From an uncultured Bacilli bacterium (GTDB lineage Bacteria > Bacillota_I > Bacilli_A > RFN20 > CAG-826): a stretch of DNA of 64,000 nt. Under the pieces are notes generated by a model. It worked only from the letters and a program-made list of their open reading frames with translations. It searched no databases and was not told the origin of the DNA. Of the stretch, positions 1-9,079 are shown piece by piece. Positions within the stretch are counted from its first letter, which is position 1. Each line of letters starts with the position of its first letter. A program made the translations under genes and the position numbers. The DNA is taken from positions 206,408 through 270,407 of the forward strand of contig CALVUI010000002.1 in NCBI GenBank assembly GCA_944363565.1, given 5' to 3'.

Positions 1-389
1 CCCAACCCCGAAAGTTCCCGATCCCCTATGACCGTACCATCTACCAGATGATCGCCTTCTGCGACGAGTTCGACGAATCCCTCTTCCTGCCCCACCTCCA
101 AAACTGCAAGGCCGCCAGGTGGGATGAGTATGCGGTCGACATCATGCCCAAGGACAGCGACAAGGCCAAAGGCATCCTCGCCGTCCTCGAACACTACGGC
201 TATGAACCGACCGAAGCCCTTTCGATCGGGGATGGGAACAACGATATCGAAATGGTCCTCTTCACCGGAATCGGGATCGCCATGAGGAACGCGGTTCCCG
301 ATTTGAAAAACGTCGCCGATTTCGTGACCGACGACATCGATGAGGACGGTTGGGCCAAGGCCATGGCCAAATACGGCCTCCTCGACTGA
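1..389 (+). CDS. HAD-superfamily Cof-type (subfamily IIB) phosphatase, C-terminal part; gene starts upstream of window
   Basis: Frame open to window start; GDGNNDIEM motif and C-terminal cap-domain pattern typical of Cof/YidA hydrolases. Confidence 0.75.
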   Translation, partial: QPRKFPIPYDRTIYQMIAFCDEFDESLFLPHLQNCKAARWDEYAVDIMPKDSDKAKGILAVLEHYGYEPTEALSIGDGNNDIEMVLFTGIGIAMRNAVPDLKNVADFVTDDIDEDGWAKAMAKYGLLD

Positions 390-869
390 TTACTTGTGAT
401 AGGGTTCGTGCCTGAGGATCCTAAAGGACCGGTATAGCTGTTCCAAGAGAATGACCCGGCTCATCTGATGGGTGAAGGTCAACCTAGACAAAGAAATAGA
501 AACATTGGCCCTCTTTTTTACTTCCTCGCTGAGGCCAAGCGACCCACCAATCAGGAAGTAAAGACGGCTCGAAGAAGCGACCATCCATTTTTCTATAAGG
601 GAGGCTAGGCCAGGGGAATCCGGTTCTTCCTTCCCAAGGTCGAGGGCGACAGCGAAATCGGTGGGTTTGAGCAAAGAGAGAAGCCGGGCCCCTTCCTTGT
701 TCTTGACCTCTTCTTCCTCGGCTTTCGAGAGGTCATTCGAGGCCATTTCTTCCTTTACTTCCTTGATGATGATTTCGGCGTAACTTCCTAGTCTTTTTAT
801 ATATTCCGCCGCCATTTTGCGGAGATAATCCTCTTTCAAGGATCCGACGCAGAGGATGGTGATCTTCAT
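390..869 (-). CDS. rlmH: 23S rRNA (pseudouridine1915-N3)-methyltransferase RlmH (SPOUT family)
   Basis: 159 aa; MKITILCVG N-terminus and SPOUT-knot C-terminus characteristic of RlmH/YbeA. Confidence 0.85.
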   Translation of the reverse strand: MKITILCVGSLKEDYLRKMAAEYIKRLGSYAEIIIKEVKEEMASNDLSKAEEEEVKNKEGARLLSLLKPTDFAVALDLGKEEPDSPGLASLIEKWMVASSSRLYFLIGGSLGLSEEVKKRANVSISLSRLTFTHQMSRVILLEQLYRSFRILRHEPYHK

Positions 870-1612
870 ATTTCAAAGTACGTTTCTTCCCATTGCTTGA
901 GGCAAGCCAGATGGGTAGAAGAGAGGTCCAACCCTTCATTTAGAAAGCTATCCCTAAGACAAGCCAAAGCCAAATCCTCTTTGTTGCATTCTTCGCTCAA
1001 ATGGGCGAGGAAGATGGCCTTGGTATGGGAACCGACCATCTTCAGCAAATAGTCGGCGGACTTCTGATTGCTTAAGTGCCCCTTGGTGGAGCCAATACGT
1101 TTAATGAGCATCATCGGACGCCCGGAGTTTTTGAGCATCTCGGGATCGTGGTTGCTCTCGAACATATAGACGTCGGCGTCGACACACTTCTTGACCACGT
1201 CCTTCTTGATCCTACCCGTATCGGTCATGTAGACGATCTTCTTGCCCTCGGCCTCGATGAGGTAGTCGGTAGGATCCGGAGCGTCATGGCTGGTCGGAAG
1301 GACGGTGATAACAAATGGATCGATATTGTAGGTCTCAAAAGGCGCCAAGGAGACGTGTGGCAAATCGATGGTAGCTTCCCGCGATAACAGGGTAACGCCC
1401 TCAGGCAGGTATTTGAGGCCCTTGATGTGATCGCTGTGATTGTGTGTCAGGAAAACATGATGGAGATCATCAAAACCAAAGCCCAGGCGTTTAAGACCCG
1501 AACCCAAAAGATGTTTTCCGACCCCATCATCGAGGAGGAATACGGTATCGTCGCAAGCAAAAAGGGTGGCGTTCCCCTTGCTTCCGGAAGCGAGATTGAG
1601 GATTTTGATCAT
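866..1612 (-). CDS. MBL-fold metallo-hydrolase, YycJ/WalJ-like
   Basis: HNHSDH (HxHxDH) zinc-binding motif; 248 aa; 4-nt overlap with rlmH, same neighbourhood as Bacillus yycJ-rlmH. Confidence 0.7.
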   Translation of the reverse strand: MIKILNLASGSKGNATLFACDDTVFLLDDGVGKHLLGSGLKRLGFGFDDLHHVFLTHNHSDHIKGLKYLPEGVTLLSREATIDLPHVSLAPFETYNIDPFVITVLPTSHDAPDPTDYLIEAEGKKIVYMTDTGRIKKDVVKKCVDADVYMFESNHDPEMLKNSGRPMMLIKRIGSTKGHLSNQKSADYLLKMVGSHTKAIFLAHLSEECNKEDLALACLRDSFLNEGLDLSSTHLACLKQWEETYFEI

Positions 1613-3105
1613 CAGTCGATGGAAAGCGAATCGGCGGAATGGCCCTGTTTGACCTTCTCGATGTTTTCCTGGAAGTTCATCGAAGGATTGTCGAAGCGAC
1701 TGTGGTCCTTGTCGAACATGAGGGCGAAGTTCCCGATGGCCCCGTTCCGGTTCTTGGCCACCGAGATTTCGACCACGGAGATGGAATTCCTCGTGTCCTT
1801 GACCTTCTCGGCCTTGACCTGCTCCTGGAGCATCCGGGTGGAGGTTCCTTCCTTGGCCATCCCCTTGTCGGCATCCTTCTTATGGCCGGTTTCGGCATAG
1901 TAGTCGCTCCGATACATGAGGAGAACCATGTCGGCGTCCTGCTCGATGTTCCCAGACCCCTTGAGGTTGGAAAGCTTCGGACGGTTGTCGTCATTGCCTT
2001 CGACGTCGCGGTTGAGCTGGGCCAAGCACAAGACCGGGATCTTCAGATTCCTGGCCAGGCTCTTGAGGGCCATCGTGATTTCCCCGATGTCCTCAGCGGT
2101 GCTGTTGCCCTTGGTCTCGAGGTTGATGAGGGTCAGGTAGTCGATGACGACGAGGGCCAAGTCCGGATGCTCGCTTTGGAGCTTCCGGGTCTTGCTGATG
2201 ATGTCGCCGAGCTTGGCGCTCGGGGAGTCGTCGAAATAAAGGGGGCAATCCGATAGTTGCTTTAGACCGTCCCGGATCTTGATCTTGTCCTCTTTCCTAA
2301 GGTCACCGGTCGCTATCTTGTCGCCGCTTACCAAGGAGACGGAGGAAAGTAGACGGGTCAGGACCTGCTCGTTGCTCATTTCGAGGCTGAACAAGGCCAC
2401 CGGATGGCCGGTGAGAGCCGCTCCGTTATAGGCCAGGTTGACGGCGAAGGCCGTCTTACCGACCGAAGTACGGGCCGCCAATATGATGAGGTCGCCCCTT
2501 TGCCAACCGTGGGTAATGCGGTTCAAAGCGATGTAGCCGGTATCGACCCCAGTCAGGTGCTTGTCGTTACTTCTAGCCGAGATGTAATCGATCCGCCTTT
2601 GGACTTGCTTGGCCACTTCGGCCGCCGATTCGAAATCCCCGACCGAGCGTTCTTCGCTGATAGCCCTGAGGTCGGAGGTCGCCTTCTCCATGAAATCACC
2701 GGGGGAGGGGGCCCCGCCCCGGGTATAATCCTCTTGGATTTCGCTTAGTTTTTGCAAAAAGTCCCGCAAAGCGGCCGTATCTTTGACGATCGTGATGTAA
2801 TGGTCGGCATTGCCCGGGGTGATCTGGGCATTGAGGATCTCGAAGATGTATTCCGCTCCGCCGGCCTGATCGTAGAGATGGAGGTTCTGGAGCGAGGCGA
2901 TGACGGTCGTGGCGTCGATGGCGCTTTTGGCATTGGCGCAGTTGACCATGGCCCTAAAGATCAGGGGGTTCCTGGGATCGACGCCGGAAAAAGAGCGCTC
3001 CTGGAGGCGGGCCAAGCCGGTGGCGGCCGCGTTTTCGTCCATCAGCATGGCACACAAAACGCAGCGTTCGGCTTCTTCGTTGTGGGGCAAGACGATCTGG
3101 GCCAC
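1612..3105 (-). CDS. dnaB: replicative DNA helicase DnaB (DnaC in Firmicutes nomenclature)
   Basis: LPHNEEAERCVLCAMLMD N-terminal domain; Walker A ARTSVGKTAF; RecA-like C-domain. Start chosen as the GTG overlapping the rplI stop (TAGTG), since the table start at 3252 would overlap rplI by 147 nt. Confidence 0.85.
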   Translation of the reverse strand: MAQIVLPHNEEAERCVLCAMLMDENAAATGLARLQERSFSGVDPRNPLIFRAMVNCANAKSAIDATTVIASLQNLHLYDQAGGAEYIFEILNAQITPGNADHYITIVKDTAALRDFLQKLSEIQEDYTRGGAPSPGDFMEKATSDLRAISEERSVGDFESAAEVAKQVQRRIDYISARSNDKHLTGVDTGYIALNRITHGWQRGDLIILAARTSVGKTAFAVNLAYNGAALTGHPVALFSLEMSNEQVLTRLLSSVSLVSGDKIATGDLRKEDKIKIRDGLKQLSDCPLYFDDSPSAKLGDIISKTRKLQSEHPDLALVVIDYLTLINLETKGNSTAEDIGEITMALKSLARNLKIPVLCLAQLNRDVEGNDDNRPKLSNLKGSGNIEQDADMVLLMYRSDYYAETGHKKDADKGMAKEGTSTRMLQEQVKAEKVKDTRNSISVVEISVAKNRNGAIGNFALMFDKDHSRFDNPSMNFQENIEKVKQGHSADSLSID

Positions 3106-3566
3106 TACTTTTCCTCGGAGATATGGACGTTGACGATGCCGTCGACTTCGCCCTGGCTTCCCTTGTAGAGTTCGATCTTCAGACGGGTATAGCCAAGGGC
3201 GTTGGCCGGATACTTGTCGATGAACTTCCGCTTGTCGATCTTGATCCCCCATTGCTTGAGCATCTCTTCTTCGATCTGCTTGGGAGAGATGGAACCGAAC
3301 ATCCGCCCGTCGCTTCCGACCTTGGCCGTGAATTCGACGTTGATGGATTTGAGCCTCTCGGCCACTTCTTCGGCTTCCTTATAAAGGACCTTCTGCCGTT
3401 CTTCTTCGATGGCGTTGCTCCGGGCTAGTTCCTTTTGGCTTCCTTCGGTCGAACGGAGGGCGAGCTTCCGGGGAATGAGGTAGTTGGTCGCATAGCCATC
3501 GCTGACGGAAATGGTGTCGCCCTTCTTTCCGAGCTTCTTGACGTCTTCTAACAAAATGACCTTCAT
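3105..3566 (-). CDS. rplI: 50S ribosomal protein L9
   Basis: MKVILLEDVKKLGKKGDTISVSDGYATNYLIPRKLA is a canonical L9 N-terminus; 153 aa. Confidence 0.95.
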   Translation of the reverse strand: MKVILLEDVKKLGKKGDTISVSDGYATNYLIPRKLALRSTEGSQKELARSNAIEEERQKVLYKEAEEVAERLKSINVEFTAKVGSDGRMFGSISPKQIEEEMLKQWGIKIDKRKFIDKYPANALGYTRLKIELYKGSQGEVDGIVNVHISEEK

Positions 3567-5593
3567 TGTTTGTCTCCTTCCTTGGTAATGTCGATGCGGG
3601 CCGAATCGAGGTATTCCTCGAGGGTCTCGAGCAAGGTTTTCTCGGCCTGCTCGACGGTTTGGCCGTTGAACGAGGCGGCCGCCGAGGTGAAATGGCCCCC
3701 GCCGCCCATTTTCTCACAAAGCAGTTGGACGTTGACCGAGCCATCGCTCCGCGCCGATATTCTAACCATTTTTTCATCGGTCTTGCCGATGACGAAGCAG
3801 GCATTGATGCCCTTGAGTTGCATCAATTGGTTGGCAACCTTGGCCAGGGTCGAACGCTCAACCAAATACTTCCCATCGGTCTTGCAGTAGACGATCCCAT
3901 AGTAGGGGGTCGTCATGGTGGAAATGATCTTGGTGATGAGGGTATATTCCTCGAACTCGTCCTTCAGATAGTAATCGGCGACCGCGTTGTCGGCCCCGAA
4001 GGACTTGAGGATCTCCGCCGCTTCGAAGGAGCGGGAACCAGTCGACTGGTTCTTGAAGAAATTGGTATCGAGGAAGATGCCCGAGAGCATGATGGTGGCG
4101 TAGGCCGGCTTGATCTCGATGGCCGGGTTGGCGGTCGCGTAATGGATCATCTCGGCGATCATTTCCGAGGCTGAGGAAGCCGAGGGGTCGACGTAGTTCA
4201 AGACCGGCTTGCTGACATATTCCTCGCCCCGGCGGTGGTGGTCGATGATGACGACCTTGCCGGCTTTTTCCAGCAAAGCGGGACACATGGTGAGGGAGGG
4301 GCGGGAAACGTCCACCACGAAGACCAGGGTCGAATCCTTGATCGAAGACAAGGCTTCGGACGGAGAGATGACCAGGGAATCGTAGACATCCTTGGGGAAG
4401 GCTTCCTGGAAGGCAATCCGGGCCTTCTTTTCCGCCTGCTTGGGGGAATAGACGATCTTGCAGGCCTTGCTGCAGTATTCGCAGAGGGCCTTGATGCCGA
4501 GACAACTGCCGAGGGCATCCATGTCCATTTCGTCATGGCCCATGACCATGACCGAGGAAGCCGAACGGATGAGGGCTAAGGTCGAGTCGGCGACCGAGCG
4601 GACCTTGACCTTGTTGGTGGCCTCGAAGGCCGCCGTCTTGCCGCCGTAGAAGCGGAGGTCGGAGCCGTACTTGGATACGACGGCCTGGTCACCGCCGCGA
4701 CTGAGGGCGATGTCGATGGCGTTGGAAACCATTTCGTTGAGGCGGATGGCATCCGGGAAGTCATGGGCAAAGCCGATGGACAAAGTAAGGGGAGCGGAGG
4801 GCCCGCTTTGGCAGGAACGGACCTTCTCGAGGACGGCAAAGCCATCGAGCTGCATCTTCTCAAGAGAGGTCCAGTTGCAGACCGCGAAGTAGGTATCGGC
4901 GCTCACCCTTCTAAGCAAGGCGCCCTTCTCCCGGAAGTAATCGCCGATCTCGCTTCTGACCTTGGCCAAGGTATCGTTGGTGTCTTCTTCCTCACCGGCC
5001 CTTTCGGCGTAGTTGTCGATCATGACGACCCCAAGGGCCAAGGCCTGGCCCCGGGAATAGGAAAGGAGGTTTTCGTATTCGGTGACGTCATGGAAGATGA
5101 AGAGGTGCGACTCAGCCACGTACTTGACCGAATAGGTCCGGCCCTTGAGTCCTACTTCGATGGTCTTGCTGGCCGGCCCGTCCATCAATTTCAGCAAGGC
5201 CGGGTCGACTGAAGAAAGGGGCTGGTCAATAAAATCGATCTGCCGTTCCTTGAAGAGGGAGTTGGTCCACATGACCGATTTCTCGTCATCGATGACGATG
5301 AGGCCGATCTTGGCAAAGGAATAGGCTTCCTGGATGTCGCTTCCGACCAAGGTCGCGGTTTCCAAATCGGACTTGTTCCTGACCCGGCTCAAGGAGGCGA
5401 CCGAAAGCCAGTAGAGGAGGAAGTTAAGGAGCAAGAGGACAAGGGCCATCACCACGACGTAGGAAACGGGGATGACCTCGGAAATGGAGGCGAAGTCAAA
5501 ATAGTAGGCCACCAGGGTCAAGGCCAGCAAAATGAATTCGATTCCCGCGATCAGCGTCGCGTAGATCCGGATGCGGCGGATGGCTTTCCTCAT
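3563..5593 (-). CDS. gdpP: c-di-AMP phosphodiesterase GdpP (2 TM helices, degenerate GGDEF, DHH and DHHA1 domains)
   Basis: N-terminal TM pair; DHH motif IIDHHRRG; DHHA1 GGGGH motif; conserved yybT-rplI-dnaC gene order. Confidence 0.85.
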   Translation of the reverse strand: MRKAIRRIRIYATLIAGIEFILLALTLVAYYFDFASISEVIPVSYVVVMALVLLLLNFLLYWLSVASLSRVRNKSDLETATLVGSDIQEAYSFAKIGLIVIDDEKSVMWTNSLFKERQIDFIDQPLSSVDPALLKLMDGPASKTIEVGLKGRTYSVKYVAESHLFIFHDVTEYENLLSYSRGQALALGVVMIDNYAERAGEEEDTNDTLAKVRSEIGDYFREKGALLRRVSADTYFAVCNWTSLEKMQLDGFAVLEKVRSCQSGPSAPLTLSIGFAHDFPDAIRLNEMVSNAIDIALSRGGDQAVVSKYGSDLRFYGGKTAAFEATNKVKVRSVADSTLALIRSASSVMVMGHDEMDMDALGSCLGIKALCEYCSKACKIVYSPKQAEKKARIAFQEAFPKDVYDSLVISPSEALSSIKDSTLVFVVDVSRPSLTMCPALLEKAGKVVIIDHHRRGEEYVSKPVLNYVDPSASSASEMIAEMIHYATANPAIEIKPAYATIMLSGIFLDTNFFKNQSTGSRSFEAAEILKSFGADNAVADYYLKDEFEEYTLITKIISTMTTPYYGIVYCKTDGKYLVERSTLAKVANQLMQLKGINACFVIGKTDEKMVRISARSDGSVNVQLLCEKMGGGGHFTSAAASFNGQTVEQAEKTLLETLEEYLDSARIDITKEGDKQ

Positions 5594-5629
5594 AGGTGCC
5601 TATTATAAACCCTAATCCCAAGGGATTAG
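5594..5629 (-). promoter_or_regulatory. putative gdpP promoter: TATAAT 8 nt before the ATG (possibly leaderless) next to a perfect 8-2-8 palindrome CTAATCCCAAGGGATTAG (5612-5629)
   Basis: Minus-strand reading ...CTAATCCCTTGGGATTAGGGTT TATAAT aggcacct ATG; no Shine-Dalgarno between the -10 and the ATG. Confidence 0.4.
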
Positions 5630-5839
5630 ATAGGGCTTGCACCCAAAAGGAATTCCTAGAAAGGCCGGTATCCAATCAAACCGAAAACCGATATATCGAA
5701 AACCCCGCAAAAGTGAATCATTTGGAATGTTATCCCCATTTTAGGACTCCTTGGGTTATAAAAAGGACAAATAAGGTTTTCATGGGTCTTAATGATGCCA
5801 TTACCCCCGAAATCAGAGCCTTTTCCACCCTTTAAGCAA

Positions 5840-5869
5840 CAAAAAAAGACCTGCCTTAACGGACGGGTC
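5840..5869 (-). terminator. rho-independent terminator downstream of the vat remnant
   Basis: Minus-strand imperfect GC hairpin GACCCGTCCGTTAAGGCAGGTC followed by TTTTTTT. Confidence 0.5.
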
Positions 5870-5885
5870 CTTCGACTCGTTTTTG

Positions 5886-6003
5886 CCTAATGTCGCCATA
5901 CGACACCATCCGTCTCCGAAACTACGATCTTCTCCCTTCTGGTGCGATCATGCCGCGTTTCCCTCCTTCCGCGAACGACTTTTTCAAAATATCCCTTGCC
6001 CAT
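5886..6003. repeat. composite island repeat, copy A (unit 2 only), fused to the vat remnant
   Basis: About 85-90% identity to 8609-8740 and 10783-10920 (TAATGTCGCC..CCATCCGTC.CCGAAACTACGATCTTCTCCCTTCTGGTGCGATCATGCCGCGTTTCC...). Confidence 0.85.
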
Positions 6004-6291
6004 TATGTTGAATGGGTAGGTAGAGATTCCGTTAAAGCGGTGATTGGCGCCGTTCATGATGAACCTAACGCCCTTGGCGATTGCGCAGAACTTCCCGATG
6101 ATCAGTTTGTCCCCGATGAATGGGTAATGGTGGCTTACGTGGCTTTCGAAATCCACACCGCCGGTTTCGCTATCGTCATAATAGGTGTAGTCGCCAATGA
6201 CGATATTGGGGTTTTTGACGACGTTTTTTATAAAGCAGACGCTTGGGACCTTTGGATTGGGATGGATGTCGTTCTTATTGGGGCCTTCCAT
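5887..6291 (-). pseudogene. vat: truncated streptogramin A / xenobiotic acetyltransferase (Vat family, hexapeptide-repeat) remnant: about 110 N-terminal codons, then repeat-derived sequence and a stop
   Basis: MEGPNKNDIHPNPKVPSVCFIKNVVKNPNIVIGDYTYYDD...HYPFIGDKLIIGKFCAIAKGVRFIMNGANHRFNGISTYPFN matches the Vat(D)/SatA N-terminal half; the C-terminal ~100 aa of LbH repeats are missing and the ORF ends inside repeat copy A. Confidence 0.7.
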
Positions 6292-6470
6292 AACGTGCCT
6301 CCTTTTTTAGCGACATTAAAGGCATGCCCTAAGGGATTTGGCAATAGAGGGATTATGGGCAATTCGCCCAAAAGGCGAGCGGATTAAACCAATAGGCGTT
6401 AAACTTGCCTTATGCGTCATTGTCCATAGGCGGCCATCACCACACAATGTAGCCACGAAAGGACATGTAT

Positions 6471-6706
6471 ATGACAAACATCCAACAAAGACTCCTCGAC
6501 CTAAGCTAAGGAAGGAAAAGGGGCTGACCCAGGAGGAGGTGGGCGCCAAGCTCGGCGTCTCCCCCAAAGCGTCTCAAAATGGGAAAACGGCCTCACCTAC
6601 CCCGACATCGACCTCCTCCCGGAGATCGGGGACTCTATCGAGGTAAGCTATTATGACGGCCTTCTTGGCGAGCCATATTACATATACGCAGGCTACGTCT
6701 TTTGAA
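6471..6706 (+). pseudogene. XRE-family (Cro/CI-type HTH) transcriptional regulator disrupted by two frameshifts
   Basis: Three frames together spell MTNIQQRLLDL / RKEKGLTQEEVGAKLGVSPKA / VSKWENGLTYPDIDLLPEIGDSIEVSYYDGLLGEPYY. Shifts lie at a CTAAG direct duplication (~6505) and near a C5 run (~6570). AAAGGA RBS 7 nt before the ATG at 6471. Confidence 0.55.
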
Positions 6707-7095
6707 TAGGATCCCACGGCCTTCTCGCAAAACGCCGTCAGGAGGCTCCTCCAGTAGCATCCGTTCCTAGGCGAGGCGCGCCCGTCTTCGCATTCCCCTG
6801 TGGAATCCAGGAGGACGCCCTCCACAGCCTCGCTGAAATCCTTCTCCATCCCGCATCTTAGCATCTCGCCAGCGGGAATGGGGCTTCCTCAAGGGAGCCC
6901 TTCGCGTCGTCTTTTGCCATGCGGCTTTCTCTTTCCTAGGCAAATGCAAGGATAGAAGTCTACTTCTTGGGAATCTAGCCCTTCCGCGGTAGCCCAGTGG
7001 ACGTTCGCGGACGGGTTTTTAGCTTACACAACATTTATCCGCGGTCCCGAAGATTAGGCCAACGCTTCCCCCGCGTGTGAATCCCTCTCCCAATG

Positions 7096-8340
7096 TCAAA
7101 TGGCTTCCTTCCCAAGGAATAAATCGATTGCATTTATGTGGCGAACCCCTTCTTGCTGATCTCTAAGCAGATCAAGGGAAATGATATATCGGGGATAGCC
7201 ATCTCTTATTTCCCTAAATGGCCTATATTCCCTTTCCTTGGTTTCCTCGTTTCCCGTCATCGTATATGCGACTTGGATATAGGCATAATCGCCATTTTGC
7301 TTTCTTACGATAAAATCGCATTCGAAATTGCCGATTTTCCCCACGCTTACTTGGTATCCGTTGCTAACCAAATAAAGATAAACAATGTTTTCCAATGAGT
7401 GGCCATAGTTCAATTTGTTATTGACGTTAGTTGAAAAATACAACGCCAAATCTGCTAGGTAATACTTTTGTTCTCTCAACAAGGACCTTTTGGATTTCAA
7501 ATCGAATCTATCGCATTCATATATGATTTTGGCTTTCTTTAAAACCTCAATGTAGTTCTTAATCGTTGCGATCTTTGCTTTAATGCCGGCTTTAGTTAAC
7601 GAATAGTGAAAGCTTTTTAGGGAAAAGGGCGAAGCGTAATTGTTGATGATGTATGACTGAACCCTCTCAAAAAGGGCTAGATTGGAAATCCTGTTTCTGG
7701 TTTTGACGTCTTTATTGAATATTTCGGCGATTATCTGGCTTGTATATAGTTGTTTGGCGCTAAAATCGTCAAACTCCAAAGCCTTTGGAAAACCGCCTTC
7801 CATGATATAGGAGTTAAATTCTTCGTAAACATTATTCTTGATTGTCTTGCTGAAGAATTTTTTCATTTCAAGATATTCGCGAAAATCCAATGGATATGTT
7901 TCGAAAGCAACATATCTTCCGGTCAATTTAGTCGAAATTTCATCGCTTAAAAGATATGAATTTGAACCGGTTAAAAAAACCGAGTAGCCTTCTTCTTCGT
8001 ATTGAAGCACCACTTTTTCAAAACCTCTGACATTTTGGACCTCATCGATAAATAGATAATATCTGCCTGAGTCATGAATCCGTTCTTCTATTTTGCTTTC
8101 CAGTTGCTTTGGGGTGACGATATTCTTGTATCCCCTTTTATCCAAGGGCAAATAAATGATTCTGTCAGACAGGTTCCTTGACTCCAATTCGCTGATAATG
8201 GATTTCAAAATCGATGTTTTGCCAGACCTTCTAATGCCCGTAATAACCTTTACGACATCGCTATCGTAAAATGGCCTGATTTTCGACAAGTACTTTTCCC
8301 TTGGATAAATCATATTCTCCATAAGTTTGTTTCCGTCCAA
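7096..8340 (-). CDS. AAA+ superfamily ATPase (AAA_14 + DUF4143, COG1373-type)
   Basis: GIRRSGKTSIL P-loop, LFIDEVQ Walker B; 414 aa; gene is markedly AT-rich relative to its flanks. Confidence 0.75.
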   Translation of the reverse strand: MDGNKLMENMIYPREKYLSKIRPFYDSDVVKVITGIRRSGKTSILKSIISELESRNLSDRIIYLPLDKRGYKNIVTPKQLESKIEERIHDSGRYYLFIDEVQNVRGFEKVVLQYEEEGYSVFLTGSNSYLLSDEISTKLTGRYVAFETYPLDFREYLEMKKFFSKTIKNNVYEEFNSYIMEGGFPKALEFDDFSAKQLYTSQIIAEIFNKDVKTRNRISNLALFERVQSYIINNYASPFSLKSFHYSLTKAGIKAKIATIKNYIEVLKKAKIIYECDRFDLKSKRSLLREQKYYLADLALYFSTNVNNKLNYGHSLENIVYLYLVSNGYQVSVGKIGNFECDFIVRKQNGDYAYIQVAYTMTGNEETKEREYRPFREIRDGYPRYIISLDLLRDQQEGVRHINAIDLFLGKEAI

Positions 8341-8530
8341 TGGTTTATATCATTAAATCGGGTTTAAGGGTAGTGTTTTTGAGAAAAGTTAAAAAAACAG
8401 TCCCCTTAAACGGCCATTTACTTGCAAAACGGAAGTCCTTGGCTTATTGGCTTTTTAGTGGAAATAAAATCTAACCCCCTATGGTTTGACGGAAATGGCC
8501 ATCAGGGTAATGCCCTGATCAAATAGTAGA

Positions 8531-8930
8531 AAAGGGCCTCGCCGAGGAGGCCCTTGGAGAACGGTTCTTGTTGTGATTTCCGGGGCAATCGAGCCCGGGA
8601 AACTACAATTAATGTCGCCGCACGGGCCCATCCGTCCCCGAAACTACGATCTTCTCCCTTCTGGTGCGATCATGCCGCGTTTCCCTCCTTCCGCGAACGG
8701 CTTTTCCAAAGGATCCCTTGCCCACGCCCAGGCAGCCTCGCATAAGGACAATGCAGGCGCCGTCTTGATTATCCGGCCTTGCCACGAAGCGATCCGGGCT
8801 TGCCTGGAAAGCGTTTCTGGCAGTCTAAGGAATTCGCCAAGGCATAAGTAAAAGGCCGCGCCGAGCAGGCCCATGGAGAACGGTTGCCGCATCTGGCCTA
8901 TCCGGGCTGCCACAGAGAAAACTAGACTGT
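8531..8930. repeat. composite island repeat, copy B (unit1-unit2-unit3-partial unit1/3)
   Basis: Unit 1 (8531-8606) ~90% identical to 10696-10790 and 11028-11100; unit 2 (8609-8740) to 5886-6003 and 10783-10920; unit 3 (8745-8855) to 10920-10990 and partly 10640-10700. Confidence 0.85.
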
Positions 8931-9079
8931 TTTAAAAGCGTAGCTGGCTAGCTAGATGCTTTACCTAAACGCAAGAAAAGTCCTCTTGGAGAGAGCCCTT
9001 TAAAAACGGTTTTTCTGTCGCTTCGGGCGGATCGAACTGCCTGACCGTATAGCCCGCCGGCTTTAAAAAGAGCGAATGG

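Noticed and set aside
6574-6949. Small minus-strand ORFs 6574-6864 and 6767-6949 between the XRE remnant and the AAA ATPase gene
   Set aside because: 6574-6706 is antisense to the reconstructed XRE reading frame. The remainder shows no recognisable motif (no HEXXH for an ImmA-type partner) and a weak coding signature
8573-8913. ORFs 8573-8851 (+) and 8644-8913 (-) and 10973-11452 (+) inside and around the repeats
   Set aside because: They lie within the multi-copy repeat; the frames are not conserved between copies except for the short segments described in the findings; the translations are Pro/Arg/Ser-rich low complexity
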